A stretch of DNA of 64,000 bases, from contig OX442314.1 of the NCBI GenBank assembly GCA_949358305.1, positions 1,488,001 through 1,552,000 of the forward strand, read 5' to 3'. The position numbers and the translations under genes are program-made. Below the pieces are notes generated by a model. The model had not been told where the DNA came from, did not search any database, and saw only the letters and a program-made list of their open reading frames with translations. Positions 51,346 to 63,990 of this stretch are shown piece by piece (positions within the stretch are counted from its first letter, which is position 1; each line of letters opens with the position of its first letter). Source of the stretch: Strigamia acuminata. Lineage: Eukaryota.

Positions 51346-51586
51346 CCCCCTCCCTCCCGTCACAAAAACCACGTTTTAGCGAAACCCTTGACCGGTCACA
51401 AAACCCACCGAACACCGAAAAGCAACGAACAAAACGCGCTCGGTCGCACGAACTACTCGGCCAAAACAACATCCGCAAATTCCGCATCACAGTCGCGATC
51501 AACGAAACAACGTATAGGCCGCCGTAATGTTAAAAAGCGGGACCCTTTCGCCCCCGACAAAATCCGCACACATACCCCAAGGTTAA
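51301..51586. mobile_element. Putative piggyBac-type terminus B (end 51582, TTAA 51583-51586)
   Basis: Matches terminus A; flanks diverge after TTAA. Confidence 0.7.
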
Positions 51587-52509
51587 GCGCCGACTGGTCC
51601 CCGTCCGGCCGCGTCCGGGCGTCGCGTCCGCACGCCTGCTTTGCCTATCCTTCGGAAGCGAGTGCACCCGCAAAATCCGCACTTTGGGAGTGACTATTCC
51701 TCGGATTCCGGCCGGACCAAACTCTTCCGGAAAATGTCCGGGGGAATGCTGAGAGTGCCGATAGACGACATTCGATTTTATGTCGTGGATTTTTGTGCGG
51801 TTTGCGCCGTGTTTATTATTCGTACGAGATTTGGTATTTTCGCAGGGTTGTTGTCGCGCGAGATTCATCGGGGTAAAGCGAGTTCATCAACGACCTCGCC
51901 GGTGAATGTTGCTAAAAATCTGTGCAAGTGTTGTCAAATATTGCCGTGATTCGATGGAATTTTTGTCAGACATTGGGAAATTTTTTTTGACTTGTCCAAC
52001 GCGCCAGTAAATCGAGCGTCCACACGCGCCCACATGCGTGAACAGTGCACTCGCCCTCCGCGCCCCGTCGGCGTAGGCGCCGGCCGTCCCCCCTTTCTCT
52101 CTCTCTCTCTCTCTTCCGCCCGGGAATCGCCCTTCCGCCCGTCACCGAATTTTGTCAATATCTGATAAATTTCCACAGAATTGCAGCGACATTGTACGGG
52201 ATATTTCTGCCCGATTTGACGGACTTATGTAAAACATTGTTGAAATTCCGTGGAAATTTATAAAATATTGACAAAGGTTGGTGACCGACCCACGGCGCGT
52301 TGCGGCGCGGTCGGAGCACGCGACCCAATCCCCCCCTCCCCCCGTCCCCAAAAAACCACGCCCCGAGGAACCCCGAGGTTCGGTTTCCGACCGGGTCGCC
52401 TCTTGATCCGACCCGGGGCGCGTCACGGCGCGGTCGGAGGACGGCCCTCGCCCCCAAAAACCACACTCCGGGTCACGTGGTCTCGCACCCGACTCTCTCA
52501 GTTATCCCG

Positions 52510-55500
52510 TTACGGCCCTTGGCCGTAACGGGCCGTTACGGGATCGTGACGGGACCGTCGGCGGCCCGTTAACGGCCCGCACGGGCCGTGACGGGATCGT
52601 GACGGGACCGTTGGCGGCCCGTTAACGGCCCGCACGCGCCGTGACGGGACCGTGACGGGACCGTCGGCGGCCCGTTAACGGCCCGTACGACTCCATGCGG
52701 GCCGTTGACGGGCCGTTAACGGGCCGTTAACGGGCCGTTAACGGCGTAAATCGAAAAAATCAACAACCGACAACACGTACGTGAAAACGCGTACAACATT
52801 CATAGACATTAATCTCGAATCCTGTTTTTGGTTTTACGCCGTTAACGGGCCGTTAACGGGCCGTTAACGGCCCGTTAACGGCCCGTTAACGGCCCGCGTG
52901 AGGTCGTACGGGCCGTCGGCGAGCCGAAGTCCGGGAACGAAGGCCGTGACGGGATCGTGACGGGACTGTCGGCGGCCCGTTAACGGCCCGCACGCGCCGT
53001 GACGGGACCGTGACGGGACCGTCGGCGGCCCGTTAACGGCCCGTGCGGGCCGTTGCGGGATCGTGACGGGATCGTCGACGGCCCGTTAACGGCCCGTGCG
53101 GGCCGTTGCGGGCCGTTGACGGGCCGTTGACGGGCCGTTAACGGGCCGTTAACGGGCCGTTACGGCGTGAATCGAAAAAATCAACAACCGACAACACGTA
53201 CGTGAAAACGCGTACAACATTCATAGACATTAATCTCGAATCCTGTTTTCGGTTTTGCCCCGTTAACGGGCCGTTAACGGGCCGTTAACGGGCCGTTAAC
53301 GGCCCGTGCGGGCCGTTGCGGGATCGTGACGGGACCGTCGACGGCCCGTTAACGGCCCGTGCGGGCCGTTGCGGGATCGTGACGGGACCGTCAGCGGCCC
53401 GTTAACGGCCCGTGCGGGCCGTTGCGGGATCGTGACGGGATCGTCGACGGCCCGTTAACGGCCCGTGCGGGCCGTTGCGGGCCGTTGACGGGCCGTTGAC
53501 GGGCCGTTAACGGGCCGTTAACGGGCCGTTACGGCGTGAATCGAAAAAATCAACAACCGACAACACGTACATGAAAACGCGTACAACATTCATAGACATT
53601 AATCTCGAATCCTGTTTTTGGTTTTACGCCGTTAACGGGCCGTTAACGGGCCGTTAACGGCCCGTTAACGGCCCGCGTGAGGTCGTACGGGCCGTCGGCG
53701 AGCCGAAGTCCGGGAACGAAGGCCGTGACGGGATCGTGACGGGACCGTCAGCGGCCCGTTAACGGCCCGTGCGGGCCGTTGCGGGATCGTGACGGGATCG
53801 TCGACGGCCCGTTAACGGCCCGTGCGGGCCGTTGCGGGCCGTTGACGGGCCGTTGACGGGCCGTTAACGGGCCGTTAACGGGCCGTTACGGCGTGAATCG
53901 AAAAAATCAACAACCGACAACACGTACGTGAAAACGCGTACAACATTCATAGACATTAATCTCGAATCCTGTTTTCGGTTTTGCCCCGTTAACGGGCCGT
54001 TAACGGGCCGTTAACGGGCCGTTAACGGCCCGTGCGGGCCGTTGCGGGATCGTGACGGGACCGTCGACGGCCCGTTAACGGCCCGTGCGGGCCGTTGCGG
54101 GATCGTGACGGGACCGTCAGCGGCCCGTTAACGGCCCGTGCGGGCCGTTGCGGGATCGTGACGGGATCGTCGACGGCCCGTTAACGGCCCGTGCGGGCCG
54201 TTGCGGGATCGTGACGGGACCGTCAGCGGCCCGTTAACGGCCCGTGCGGGCCGTTGCGGGATCGTGACGGGATCGTCGACGGCCCGTTAACGGCCCGTGC
54301 GGGCCGTTGCGGGCCGTTGACGGGCCGTTGACGGGCCGTTAACGGGCCGTTAACGGGCCGTTACGGCGTGAATCGAAAAAATCAACAACCGACAACACGT
54401 ACATGAAAACGCGTACAACATTCATAGACATTAATCTCGAATCCTGTTTTTGGTTTTACGCCGTTAACGGGCCGTTAACGGGCCGTTAACGGCCCGTTAA
54501 CGGCCCGCGTGAGGTCGTACGGGCCGTCGGCGAGCCGAAGTCCGGGAACGAAGGCCGTGACGGGATCGTGACGGGACCGTCAGCGGCCCGTTAACGGCCC
54601 GTGCGGGCCGTTGCGGGATCGTGACGGGATCGTCGACGGCCCGTTAACGGCCCGTGCGGGCCGTTGCGGGCCGTTGACGGGCCGTTGACGGGCCGTTAAC
54701 GGGCCGTTAACGGGCCGTTACGGCGTGAATCGAAAAAATCAACAACCGACAACACGTACGTGAAAACGCGTACAACATTCATAGACATTAATCTCGAATC
54801 CTGTTTTCGGTTTTGCCCCGTTAACGGGCCGTTAACGGGCCGTTAACGGGCCGTTAACGGCCCGTGCGGGCCGTTGCGGGATCGTGACGGGACCGTCGAC
54901 GGCCCGTTAACGGCCCGTGCGGGCCGTTGCGGGATCGTGACGGGACCGTCAGCGGCCCGTTAACGGCCCGTGCGGGCCGTTGCGGGATCGTGACGGGATC
55001 GTCGACGGCCCGTTAACGGCCCGTGCGGGCCGTTGCGGGCCGTTGACGGGCCGTTGACGGGCCGTTAACGGGCCGTTAACGGGCCGTTACGGCGTGAATC
55101 GAAAAAATCAACAACCGACAACACGTACATGAAAACGCGTACAACATTCATAGACATTAATCTCGAATCCTGTTTTTGGTTTTACGCCGTTAACGGGCCG
55201 TTAACGGGCCGTTAACGGCCCGTTAACGGCCCGCGTGAGGTCGTACGGGCCGTCGGCGAGCCGAAGTCCGGGAACGAAGGCCGTGACGGGATCGTGACGG
55301 GACCGTCAGCGGCCCGTTAACGGCCCGTGCGGGCCGTTGCGGGATCGTGACGGGATCGTCGACGGCCCGTTAACGGCCCGTGCGGGCCGTTGCGGGCCGT
55401 TGACGGGCCGTTGACGGGCCGTTAACGGGCCGTTAACGGGCCGTTACGGCGTGAATCGAAAAAATCAACAACCGACAACACGTACGTGAAAACGCGTACA

Positions 55501-57530
55501 ACATTCATAGACATTAATCTCGAATCCTGTTTTCGGTTTTGCCCCGTTAACGGGCCGTTAACGGGCCGTTAACGGGCCGTTAACGGCCCGTGCGGGCCGT
55601 TGCGGGATCGTGACGGGACCGTCGACGGCCCGTTAACGGCCCGTGCGGGCCGTTGCGGGATCGTGACGGGACCGTCAGCGGCCCGTTAACGGCCCGTGCG
55701 GGCCGTTGCGGGATCGTGACGGGATCGTCGACGGCCCGTTAACGGCCCGTGCGGGCCGTTGCGGGATCGTGACGGGACCGTCAGCGGCCCGTTAACGGCC
55801 CGTGCGGGCCGTTGCGGGATCGTGACGGGATCGTCGACGGCCCGTTAACGGCCCGTGCGGGCCGTTGCGGGCCGTTGACGGGCCGTTGACGGGCCGTTAA
55901 CGGGCCGTTAACGGGCCGTTACGGCGTGAATCGAAAAAATCAACAACCGACAACACGTACGTGAAAACGCGTACAACATTCATAGACATTAATCTCGAAT
56001 CCTGTTTTCGGTTTTGCCCCGTTAACGGGCCGTTAACGGGCCGTTAACGGGCCGTTAACGGCCCGTGCGGGCCGTTGCGGGATCGTGACGGGACCGTCGA
56101 CGGCCCGTTAACGGCCCGTGCGGGCCGTTGCGGGATCGTGACGGGACCGTCAGCGGCCCGTTAACGGCCCGTGCGGGCCGTTGCGGGATCGTGACGGGAT
56201 CGTCGACGGCCCGTTAACGGCCCGTGCGGGCCGTTGCGGGATCGTGACGGGACCGTCAGCGGCCCGTTAACGGCCCGTGCGGGCCGTTGCGGGATCGTGA
56301 CGGGATCGTCGACGGCCCGTTAACGGCCCGTGCGGGCCGTTGCGGGCCGTTGACGGGCCGTTGACGGGCCGTTAACGGGCCGTTAACGGGCCGTTACGGC
56401 GTGAATCGAAAAAATCAACAACCGACAACACGTACATGAAAACGCGTACAACATTCATAGACATTAATCTCGAATCCTGTTTTTGGTTTTACGCCGTTAA
56501 CGGGCCGTTAACGGGCCGTTAACGGCCCGTTAACGGCCCGCGTGAGGTCGTACGGGCCGTCGGCGAGCCGAAGTCCGGGAACGAAGGCCGTGACGGGATC
56601 GTGACGGGACCGTCAGCGGCCCGTTAACGGCCCGTGCGGGCCGTTGCGGGATCGTGACGGGATCGTCGACGGCCCGTTAACGGCCCGTGCGGGCCGTTGC
56701 GGGCCGTTGACGGGCCGTTGACGGGCCGTTAACGGGCCGTTAACGGGCCGTTACGGCGTAAATCGAAAAAATCAACAACCGACAACACGTACGTGAAAAC
56801 GCGTACAACATTCATAGACATTAATCTCGAATCCTGTTTTTGGTTTTACGCCGTTAACGGGCCGTTAACGGCCCGTTAACGGCCCGCACAGGCCGTGACG
56901 GGATCGTGACGGGACCGTCGGCGGCCCGTTAACGGCCCGCACGGGCCGTGACGGGATCGTGACGGGACCGTCGGCGGCCCGTTAACGGCCCGCACGGGCC
57001 GTGACGGGATCGTGACGGGACCGTCGGCGGCCCGTTAACGGCTTGTACGGGCCGTTACGGGATCGTGACGGGACCGTGACGGGACCGTCGGCGGCCCGTT
57101 AACGGCCCGTACGATTCCATGCGGGCCGTTGACGGGATCGTGACGGGACCGTCGGCAGCCCGTTAACGGCCCGCACGGGCCGTGACGGGATCGTGACGGG
57201 ACCGTCGGCGGCCCGTTAACGGCCCGCACGAGCCGTGACGGGATCGTGACGGGACCGTTGGCGGCCCGTTAACGGCCCGCACGGGCCGTGACGGGATCGT
57301 GACGGGACCGTCGGCGGCCCGTTAACGGCTTGTACGGGCCGTTACGGGATCGTGACGGGACCGTCGGCGGCCCGTTAACGGCCCGCACGGGCCGTTAACG
57401 GGGTCGTTACGGGACCGTCGGCGGCCCGTGCGGCGGCCTCGCCAACCTCGTGCGGCCCGTTAACGGCCCGTACGGGCCGTTACGGGGCCGTTGCGGGATC
57501 GTCGGCGGCCCGTTAACGGCCCGCACGGGA
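52510..57530. repeat. 5-kb CpG-rich satellite: 53-bp unit of ~11-bp subunits, with a higher-order ~97-bp AT-rich core every ~360-480 bp
   Basis: Cores at ~52743, 53163, 53533, 53889, 54364, 54721, 55090, 55447, 55922, 56397, 56754. Confidence 0.95.
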
Positions 57531-58042
57531 CAACGGGCGCCAACGAGCGCCGGTAGTCCCGGTAATTTGTTTCAAAATAAATATTTGTCACCGTCTCCCC
57601 TCCCTCCTCCTCCTCCCCCTCCTCTCCCTCTCGAGGCCAGACACGGCCGCTCCAAAATACGAACCACGACGATGCCTCCGTACCGATAGACCGAGTGGGT
57701 CGCGCGACAGACAATGCGCGCAAACTACCGTCGGCGCACGGTGTGCACGGCGCAACACCACGGAAGTAACTACCGGTGCGCCCCTCGTGCGTGCGAGGCA
57801 ACCCCGAGCTCGCTTAAAGAAGCCACGCAACAACAACCGAGTTCGTTTATCTATTTATTTATTTTTTATTCGTCTAGCATTTTAAACGAATCGATGAAAA
57901 CAAATGAAAACAAACAAACAAATTAATAAACAAATCGAATACATAAAAAAATAAAATAAAATAAAATAAAATAAAATAAAATAAAGATGAAATGAAATGA
58001 AATAAAATGAAATATTGGCCGTTTCGATCCTCGATGTCGCCT

Positions 58043-58882
58043 TTATCTGCCTATCCATCTATTCTGAAATGAGAGAAGAAAAGATGAGTATTCGAAGAGG
58101 CGCTTAGTGGAGAATTCGCTCACTGTCCCGTTTCTTCGACTCGCGGGTAACCGCCGGTGCGTCGGAGGAGCCACCAGTGTTGGGTGGCGGCTAAAAAAAA
58201 AAAAAAAAAAAAAAAAACGAATGTTTGTCGAAATACGGGGAAAAAAAGGTGCGTACATGCACGGTGAACGTTTTCCACCGACTGACTCACTCACCATGCG
58301 CATCAGCATTCTAACTATAGCGCGGTGCGCGTCCAACGCCAAACGCGAGAACACGGGGCCTCCAGCCGGGAGCAACTCGACTCCATCGGCGACGTCTCGG
58401 TCGTCGCTCTCTTCCTCCTCTTCCTCTTCATCTTCTTCTTCTTCCTCTTCTTCTCCTTCTCCTCCCTCTCCTCCTTCTTCGCCCTCTCCCTCCTCCGCCA
58501 CTGTCTTTGCCGGAGCCTCCAGCCCGCCCGACAAGGGAGCGGCGGACGACGTAGATGGGACGGCGTCGCTCGACGACGAGGCGACGACGCGCGCTGGCGA
58601 CGATTCTCCGTCTTGACGCGGCTGGAAAATGGAGGGGGAATAGGCGAATGAATAGACGAATGAACGACGACAATCTTGACGGGATACCTTTTTGGTTGGC
58701 GCCGGATCGCCCGCTTCCCCGGGACGCTTTACCGTTCGCTGCGTCTCCGGCGACTGTGGCTGCGTCGGCGTCTCCGACGTCCCCGGTGACGGTGGTTGCG
58801 ACGGTAGCTGCGACTGCGGCGGCTGCAGCTGCGTCAGCGCCTCGTTCTCGCTCCCACTCTCGCTCTCGTTTTCGATCGGCAT
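58043..58882 (-). CDS. Acidic/Pro-Ser-rich spliced protein, function unknown
   Basis: ATG 58882 follows an acceptor AG; GC-rich exons separated by GT-AG introns; 3' end uncertain. Confidence 0.5.
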   Translation of the reverse strand: MPIENESESGSENEALTQLQPPQSQLPSQPPSPGTSETPTQPQSPETQRTVKRPGEAGDPAPTKKVSRQDCRRSFVYSFAYSPSIFQPRQDGESSPARVVASSSSDAVPSTSSAAPLSGGLEAPAKTVAEEGEGEEGGEGGEGEEEEEEEDEEEEEEESDDRDVADGVELLPAGGPVFSRLALDAHRAIVRMLMRMVSESVGGKRSPCMYAPFFPRISTNIRFFFFFFFFSRHPTLVAPPTHRRLPASRRNGTVSEFSTKRLFEYSSFLLSFQNRWIGR

Positions 58883-59689
58883 CTGTAGAGAAGGAATAAA
58901 TTAAATTAAATTGAATTAAATCGAAGCGCGAGCGCGGTAAAACCGAAAGAAGAAGGGGTGGAGGTGAGGAAAAGAGACCGAAGGACGAGCGAGAGGGGGG
59001 CGCTATAGTTTCACCGCACGACTCGTTGCACTATACGAATTGCCCCGAAACAAACGCCTATTTATTTCTTTATTTTTTTTTATTTATTCATTCATTCGTT
59101 AATCTCGTCCACTCGTTAAGTTTTATCAAATTCGTTAAACTCGTTCGTCCATTCGTCAAATTGGTCGTTTCGTCTAGCGACGAGAACAACGGCGACGCTA
59201 ACGTTTACGCGAGTAACTCGGTGAGTTCGTGCATTCTGCGCACGCAAAACGCGAACGCGGCCAATTGACAAAATAACATTTTACAAGTAATGGTTTAATA
59301 ATTTACCTCCGTGTGCGAAGCGCGTGTCGCGTCCATTGTGTCTGTCTGTCTGATTTTGGCGAATGAACCGACGCGACGCCCGGTGATAACAATGGCGATA
59401 ATGACACGCGACGTAGCATACTTCTAGCTAAACAACAATAATAATAATAATTCATTAAAAAAATAAAATGAAATAGAATAATTAAATAAACAAACAAAAT
59501 AATAAATAGATAAATAAATAAATAAATAAATAAATAAGTCGAAAATAAATAAACTAGCGGCGGGACGGGCCGAGGTCAGAGATTTTGCTCCGTTCTCGCG
59601 TCTGTCTATTCCGGGTAGAGGGAGGGAGCGAACGGGCGCGCGCCGGACATCGCTCGGAATTAAAAAACGGGTAACGGGGGAAGACAGAC

Positions 59690-60642
59690 AGTCGAAATTT
59701 GATTCCCCGGTCGTGGAATCGACTCCGCGACCCGTGCTTTAACGGTTAATTGGATTATCTTCGTCGTGACTTATCGGGATAAAAATTTTATAGAAAATCG
59801 GCCGTATCGTATTTTATTTTCATCTTCCGAGGGTCTCGCGTCGTCGTTGTGGACGGGAGTCTTCCCGAACACGTTCGACGGGCTTCGCGAATGCTTTCAG
59901 ATCGGACGCGGAACTCGGGCCCGCCGCTCGGTCGAGCGGCGCCAGTACCCGCCGAGCGGCGCGGTATCCGATCAAATAACTCCCTTGCTTCGTCACGGTC
60001 TCGGACTGGCCTTCGGGCCGGTCAAAATAACAAATAAATGAATAAATCGAAAATAGAACGCCCCCGTCCCGGCGAGACTAGGGGCGGGTGGCGTCGTTGA
60101 GCGGCGGCAGCGGCGGCGGTAGCCCCGACGACTCGCCCCGAAAATAAGCTCCCGCACCAGCATTCCTTCGTCCGTCTAAACCTCGCAGCGCGTGCGGTCG
60201 CGTGCATTCTACTCGTGTCCGGTGTGGCGATCGGTACAGAGTAAAAAAAAGATCACCCGAAAAAGAAAGACGATTAAAGTTTTAATTCTCCGGTCGTGGA
60301 ACCGACTTTGCGGTTCGTGCTTTAACCGTTAATTAGGTTATCTTCGTCGCAACTCGTCGTAATAAAAATTTCACAGAAAATCAGCCGTTTCGTATTTTAT
60401 TTTCATCTTCCGGGGGTCTCGCGCCGTCGTTGTGGACGGGAGTCTTCCCGAACACGTTCGATGGGTTTTGCCGACACTTTCAGATCGAATGCGGAACTCG
60501 GGCCCGTCGCTCGGTCGAGCGGCGCCAGTACCCGCCGAGCGGCACGGTATCCGATACCCGTCTTTTTTAAACCTCCCTTGCTTCGTCGGTCTCAGACTGG
60601 CCTTCGGGTCGGTCAAAATAAATAAATAAATAAATAAATGAA

Positions 60643-60693
<51 letters not shown>

Positions 60694-63600
60694 GTAGGTC
60701 GGGAAATAGAACGCGTTCGTCCCGGCGAATAGTGGCAGCTGGGGTCGTCGAGTGAGTGGCGGCGGCAGCGGCAACCTCGATGACTCGCCCCGAAAATAAA
60801 GTCCCGCGTCGGCATCCCTTCGTGCGTCCTTCGTCCGTCTAATCCTCGCAGCGCGTGCGGTCGCGTGCATTCTACTCGTGTCCGATGTAGCGACCGGTAC
60901 GAGGTAAAAAAAATATCACACGAAAAAGAAAGACGATTAAAATTTTAATTCTCCGGTTGTGGAACCGACTTCGCGGTTCGTGCTTTAATCGTTAATTAGA
61001 TTATCGTCGTCGCAATTTATCGGAATAAAATTTTTACGGAAAATTGACATTTCCGTATTTCATTTTCATCTTTCGGGGGTCTTGCGCCGTCATAATCGGA
61101 GCGAGTCTCGCTCGATGCGTTCGACGGACTTTGTGGGAGTTTCCAGATCGCCAGCGGAACGAGGGGCCGTGGCTCGTCCGAGCGGCGCAGTACCCGTCGA
61201 GTGGCGCGGTACCCGAGTTCTTGCATCCAACGGTGGACACATCTTTGTCGAGAGCACCTCTCGGTCTCAGACCGGCCTTCGGGCCGGTCAAAAAAAATAA
61301 ACAAATAAATAAATAAATAAATAAATAAACGAGTCGGCGAATAAAGGCGGTTGGGGTCGCTGGACGGTGGCGGTGGTGGTGGCAGCGGCAACCCCGACGA
61401 CTCGTCGCAAAAGATAAGCTCCCGCGCCGGCATCCGTTTGCTCGTCTAAACCTCGCAGTGCGCGTGCGGTCGCGTGCATTCTACTCGTGTCCGATGTGGC
61501 GATCGGCATAGATCACCCGAAAAAGGAAAGACGATTAAAATTTTAATTCTCCGGTCGTGGAACCGACTTTGTGGTTTGCGTTTTAACCGTTAATTAGGTT
61601 ATCTTCGTCGCACTTTATCGCAATAAAAATTTTATAGGAAACCCGCCGCTCCGCATTTTATTTTCACCTCCCGGGGGTCTTGCGCCGTCGTATTCGATGG
61701 CAGTCGCCTTCGGTGCGTTCAATTGACCCCGTGAGTGCTTTCGGATCGAGACCGATGTGAGAGGTCGACATTCACGCCCCGACGATCGGTGCGGACCACT
61801 GGCATTTTTTCACCCATCCGTTTATCGGTCGTCGGTCCGATGCACGCTCCAGCCAGTGATTTTGTCGACGGGTCTCCGAGAGCGGTCTCGGTCTCAGACT
61901 GGCCTTCGGGCCGGTCAAAATAATAAATAAATAAATAAATAAATAAATGGATCGGAAATAGGTCGCACCCGTCCCGGCGAGAATAAGGGTGGGTGGCGTC
62001 GTTGAGCGACGTCAGCGGCAGCGACGTCAGCGGCAGCGACAGCCCCGACGACTAACTCGCCCCGAAAATAAGGTCCTGCGCCGGCATCCGTTCGTTCGTT
62101 CAAACCTCGCAGCGCTCGTGCGGTCGCGTGCATTCTACTCGTGTCCGACGTGGCGATCGGTACGGAGTAAAAAAAAAAAGATCATCAGAGAAAGGAAGAC
62201 GATTAAAATTTTAATTCTCCAGTCGTGGCACCGACTTTGCGGTTTGTGCTTTAACCGTTAATTAGGTTATCTTCGTTGTGGCAGATTCGAATAAAAGTTT
62301 TACAAAATAATCGTCGTTTTACATTTTTAAATCATTTCCCAGGGACCGTGTACCGTCGCAGTCGATGCGAGTCCCGGTCATCGCATCCGATAGACATTGC
62401 GGACGTTTTTCAGATCGAGACTGGAGTACCTGTTGAGTACCAAATGGCCGGTCGGTCGTTGGTGTGGTTCCGTCTCCTAAAATGTTCGTCGCCATTTTCT
62501 GTTGGTCGAGTCGCCTACCATCCAATGGTCGGTCGGTGGGTCTCGGTCTCAGACTGGCCTTCGGGCCGGTCAAAATAACAAATAAATGAATAAATCGGAA
62601 ATAGAACGTCCCCGTCCCGGCCAGAATAGGGGCAGGTGGTGTCGTTGAGCGGCGTCAGCGGCAGCGACAGCCCGGACGAATCGCCCCGAAAATAAGGTCC
62701 TGCGCTGGCATCCGTTTGTTCGTTCAAACCTCGCAGCGCTCGTGCGGTCGCGTGCATTCTACTCGTGTCCGACGTGGCGATCGGTACGGAGTAAAAAAAA
62801 AAAAGATCATCAGAGAAAGGAAGACGATTAAAATTTTAATTCTCCGGTCGTGGCACCGACTTTGCGGTTCGTACTTTAACCGTTAATTAGGTTATCTTCG
62901 TCGTAATTCGTTGGAATAAAAATTTTATAGAAAATGAGCCGTTTCGTATTTTATTTTCATCTTCCGGGGGTCTCGCGCCGTCGTTGTGGACGGGAGTCTT
63001 CCCGAACACGTTCGATGGGTTTTGCCAACACTTTCAGATCGAACTCGGGACTCGGGCCCGCCGCTCGGTCGAGCGGCGCACAGTACCCGCCGAGCGGCGC
63101 GGTATCCGATATAAAAGGACCCTTGCTTCGCCACGGTCTCAGACTGGCCTTCGGGCCGGTCAAAATAATAAATAAATAAATAAATAAATAAGTCCGAAAA
63201 TGGAACGTATCCGTCCCGACGAATAGATGCGGTTGGGGTCGTTGAGCGACAGCGGCGGCAGCGGCAGCCCCGACGACTCGCCCCGAAAATAAGCTCCCTT
63301 ACCGGCATTCCTTCGACCGTCTAAACCTCGCAGCATGCGTGCGGTCGCGTGCATTCTACTCGTGTCCGATGTGGCGATCGGTACGAGGTAAAAAAAATAT
63401 CACACGAAAAAAGAAAGACGATTAAAATTTTAATTCTTCGGTCGTGGGACCGACTTTGCGGTCCGTGCTTTAACCGTTAATTAGGTTATCTTCGTCGTAA
63501 TTCGTTGGAATAAAAATTTTATAGAAAATGAGCCGTTTCGTATTTTATTTTCATCTTCCGGGGGTCTCGCGCCGTCGTTGTGGACGGGAGTCTTCCCGAA

Positions 63601-63770
63601 CACGTTCGATGGGTTTTGCCAACACTTTCAGATCGAACTCGGGACTCGGGCCCGCCGCTCGGTCGAGCGGCGCACAGTACCCGCCGAGCGGCGCGGTATT
63701 TGATACCCGTCTCTGTAAAAGCAGCCGTGCTTTTTCGGTCTCAGACTGGCCTTCGGGCCGGTCAAAATAA
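59690..63770 (+). ncRNA. Tandem array of 7 units (590-675 bp), each with a putative 200-260-nt structured RNA ending in a cUUCGg hairpin
   Basis: GACTGGCC-TTCG-GGCCGGTC at 60004, 60595, 61270, 61897, 62552, 63142, 63744; conserved upstream block; variable but self-complementary interiors. Confidence 0.6.
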
Positions 63771-63896
63771 TAAATAAATAAGTCGAGAATGGGCCACCGC
63801 CGGCCGGTGGGGCCAATCGTCGCGGGTGGGTGGGGCAGGCAGCCAACCGTCCACCGATCGATCGATCGATTGATTGATCGACCGACCAATCAATCG

Positions 63897-63990
63897 GTTT
63901 TCAGATTTCGGGTTTTCACGGGTCCCAGGTTTTTCAGGTTTTTCAGATTTTTCAGATTTCAGATTTCAGATTTCAGATTTCAGATTTCAC
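63897..63990. repeat. (TTTCAGA)n-type simple repeat
   Basis: Directly visible. Confidence 0.85.

Noticed and set aside
52510..57530. CRISPR-like repeat-spacer array
   Set aside because: The intervening cores are essentially identical rather than unique, the context is eukaryotic, and no cas genes are present.
59820..60023. Identity of the array RNA as U1/U2 snRNA, 7SK or a hammerhead ribozyme
   Set aside because: No U1/U2 5' ends, no conserved Sm site, the GAUC pair is not kept in all units, and there is no CUGANGA/GAAA core.
63897..63990. Telomeric repeat
   Set aside because: TTTCAGA does not match TTAGG/TTAGGG-type repeats and the tract is short.
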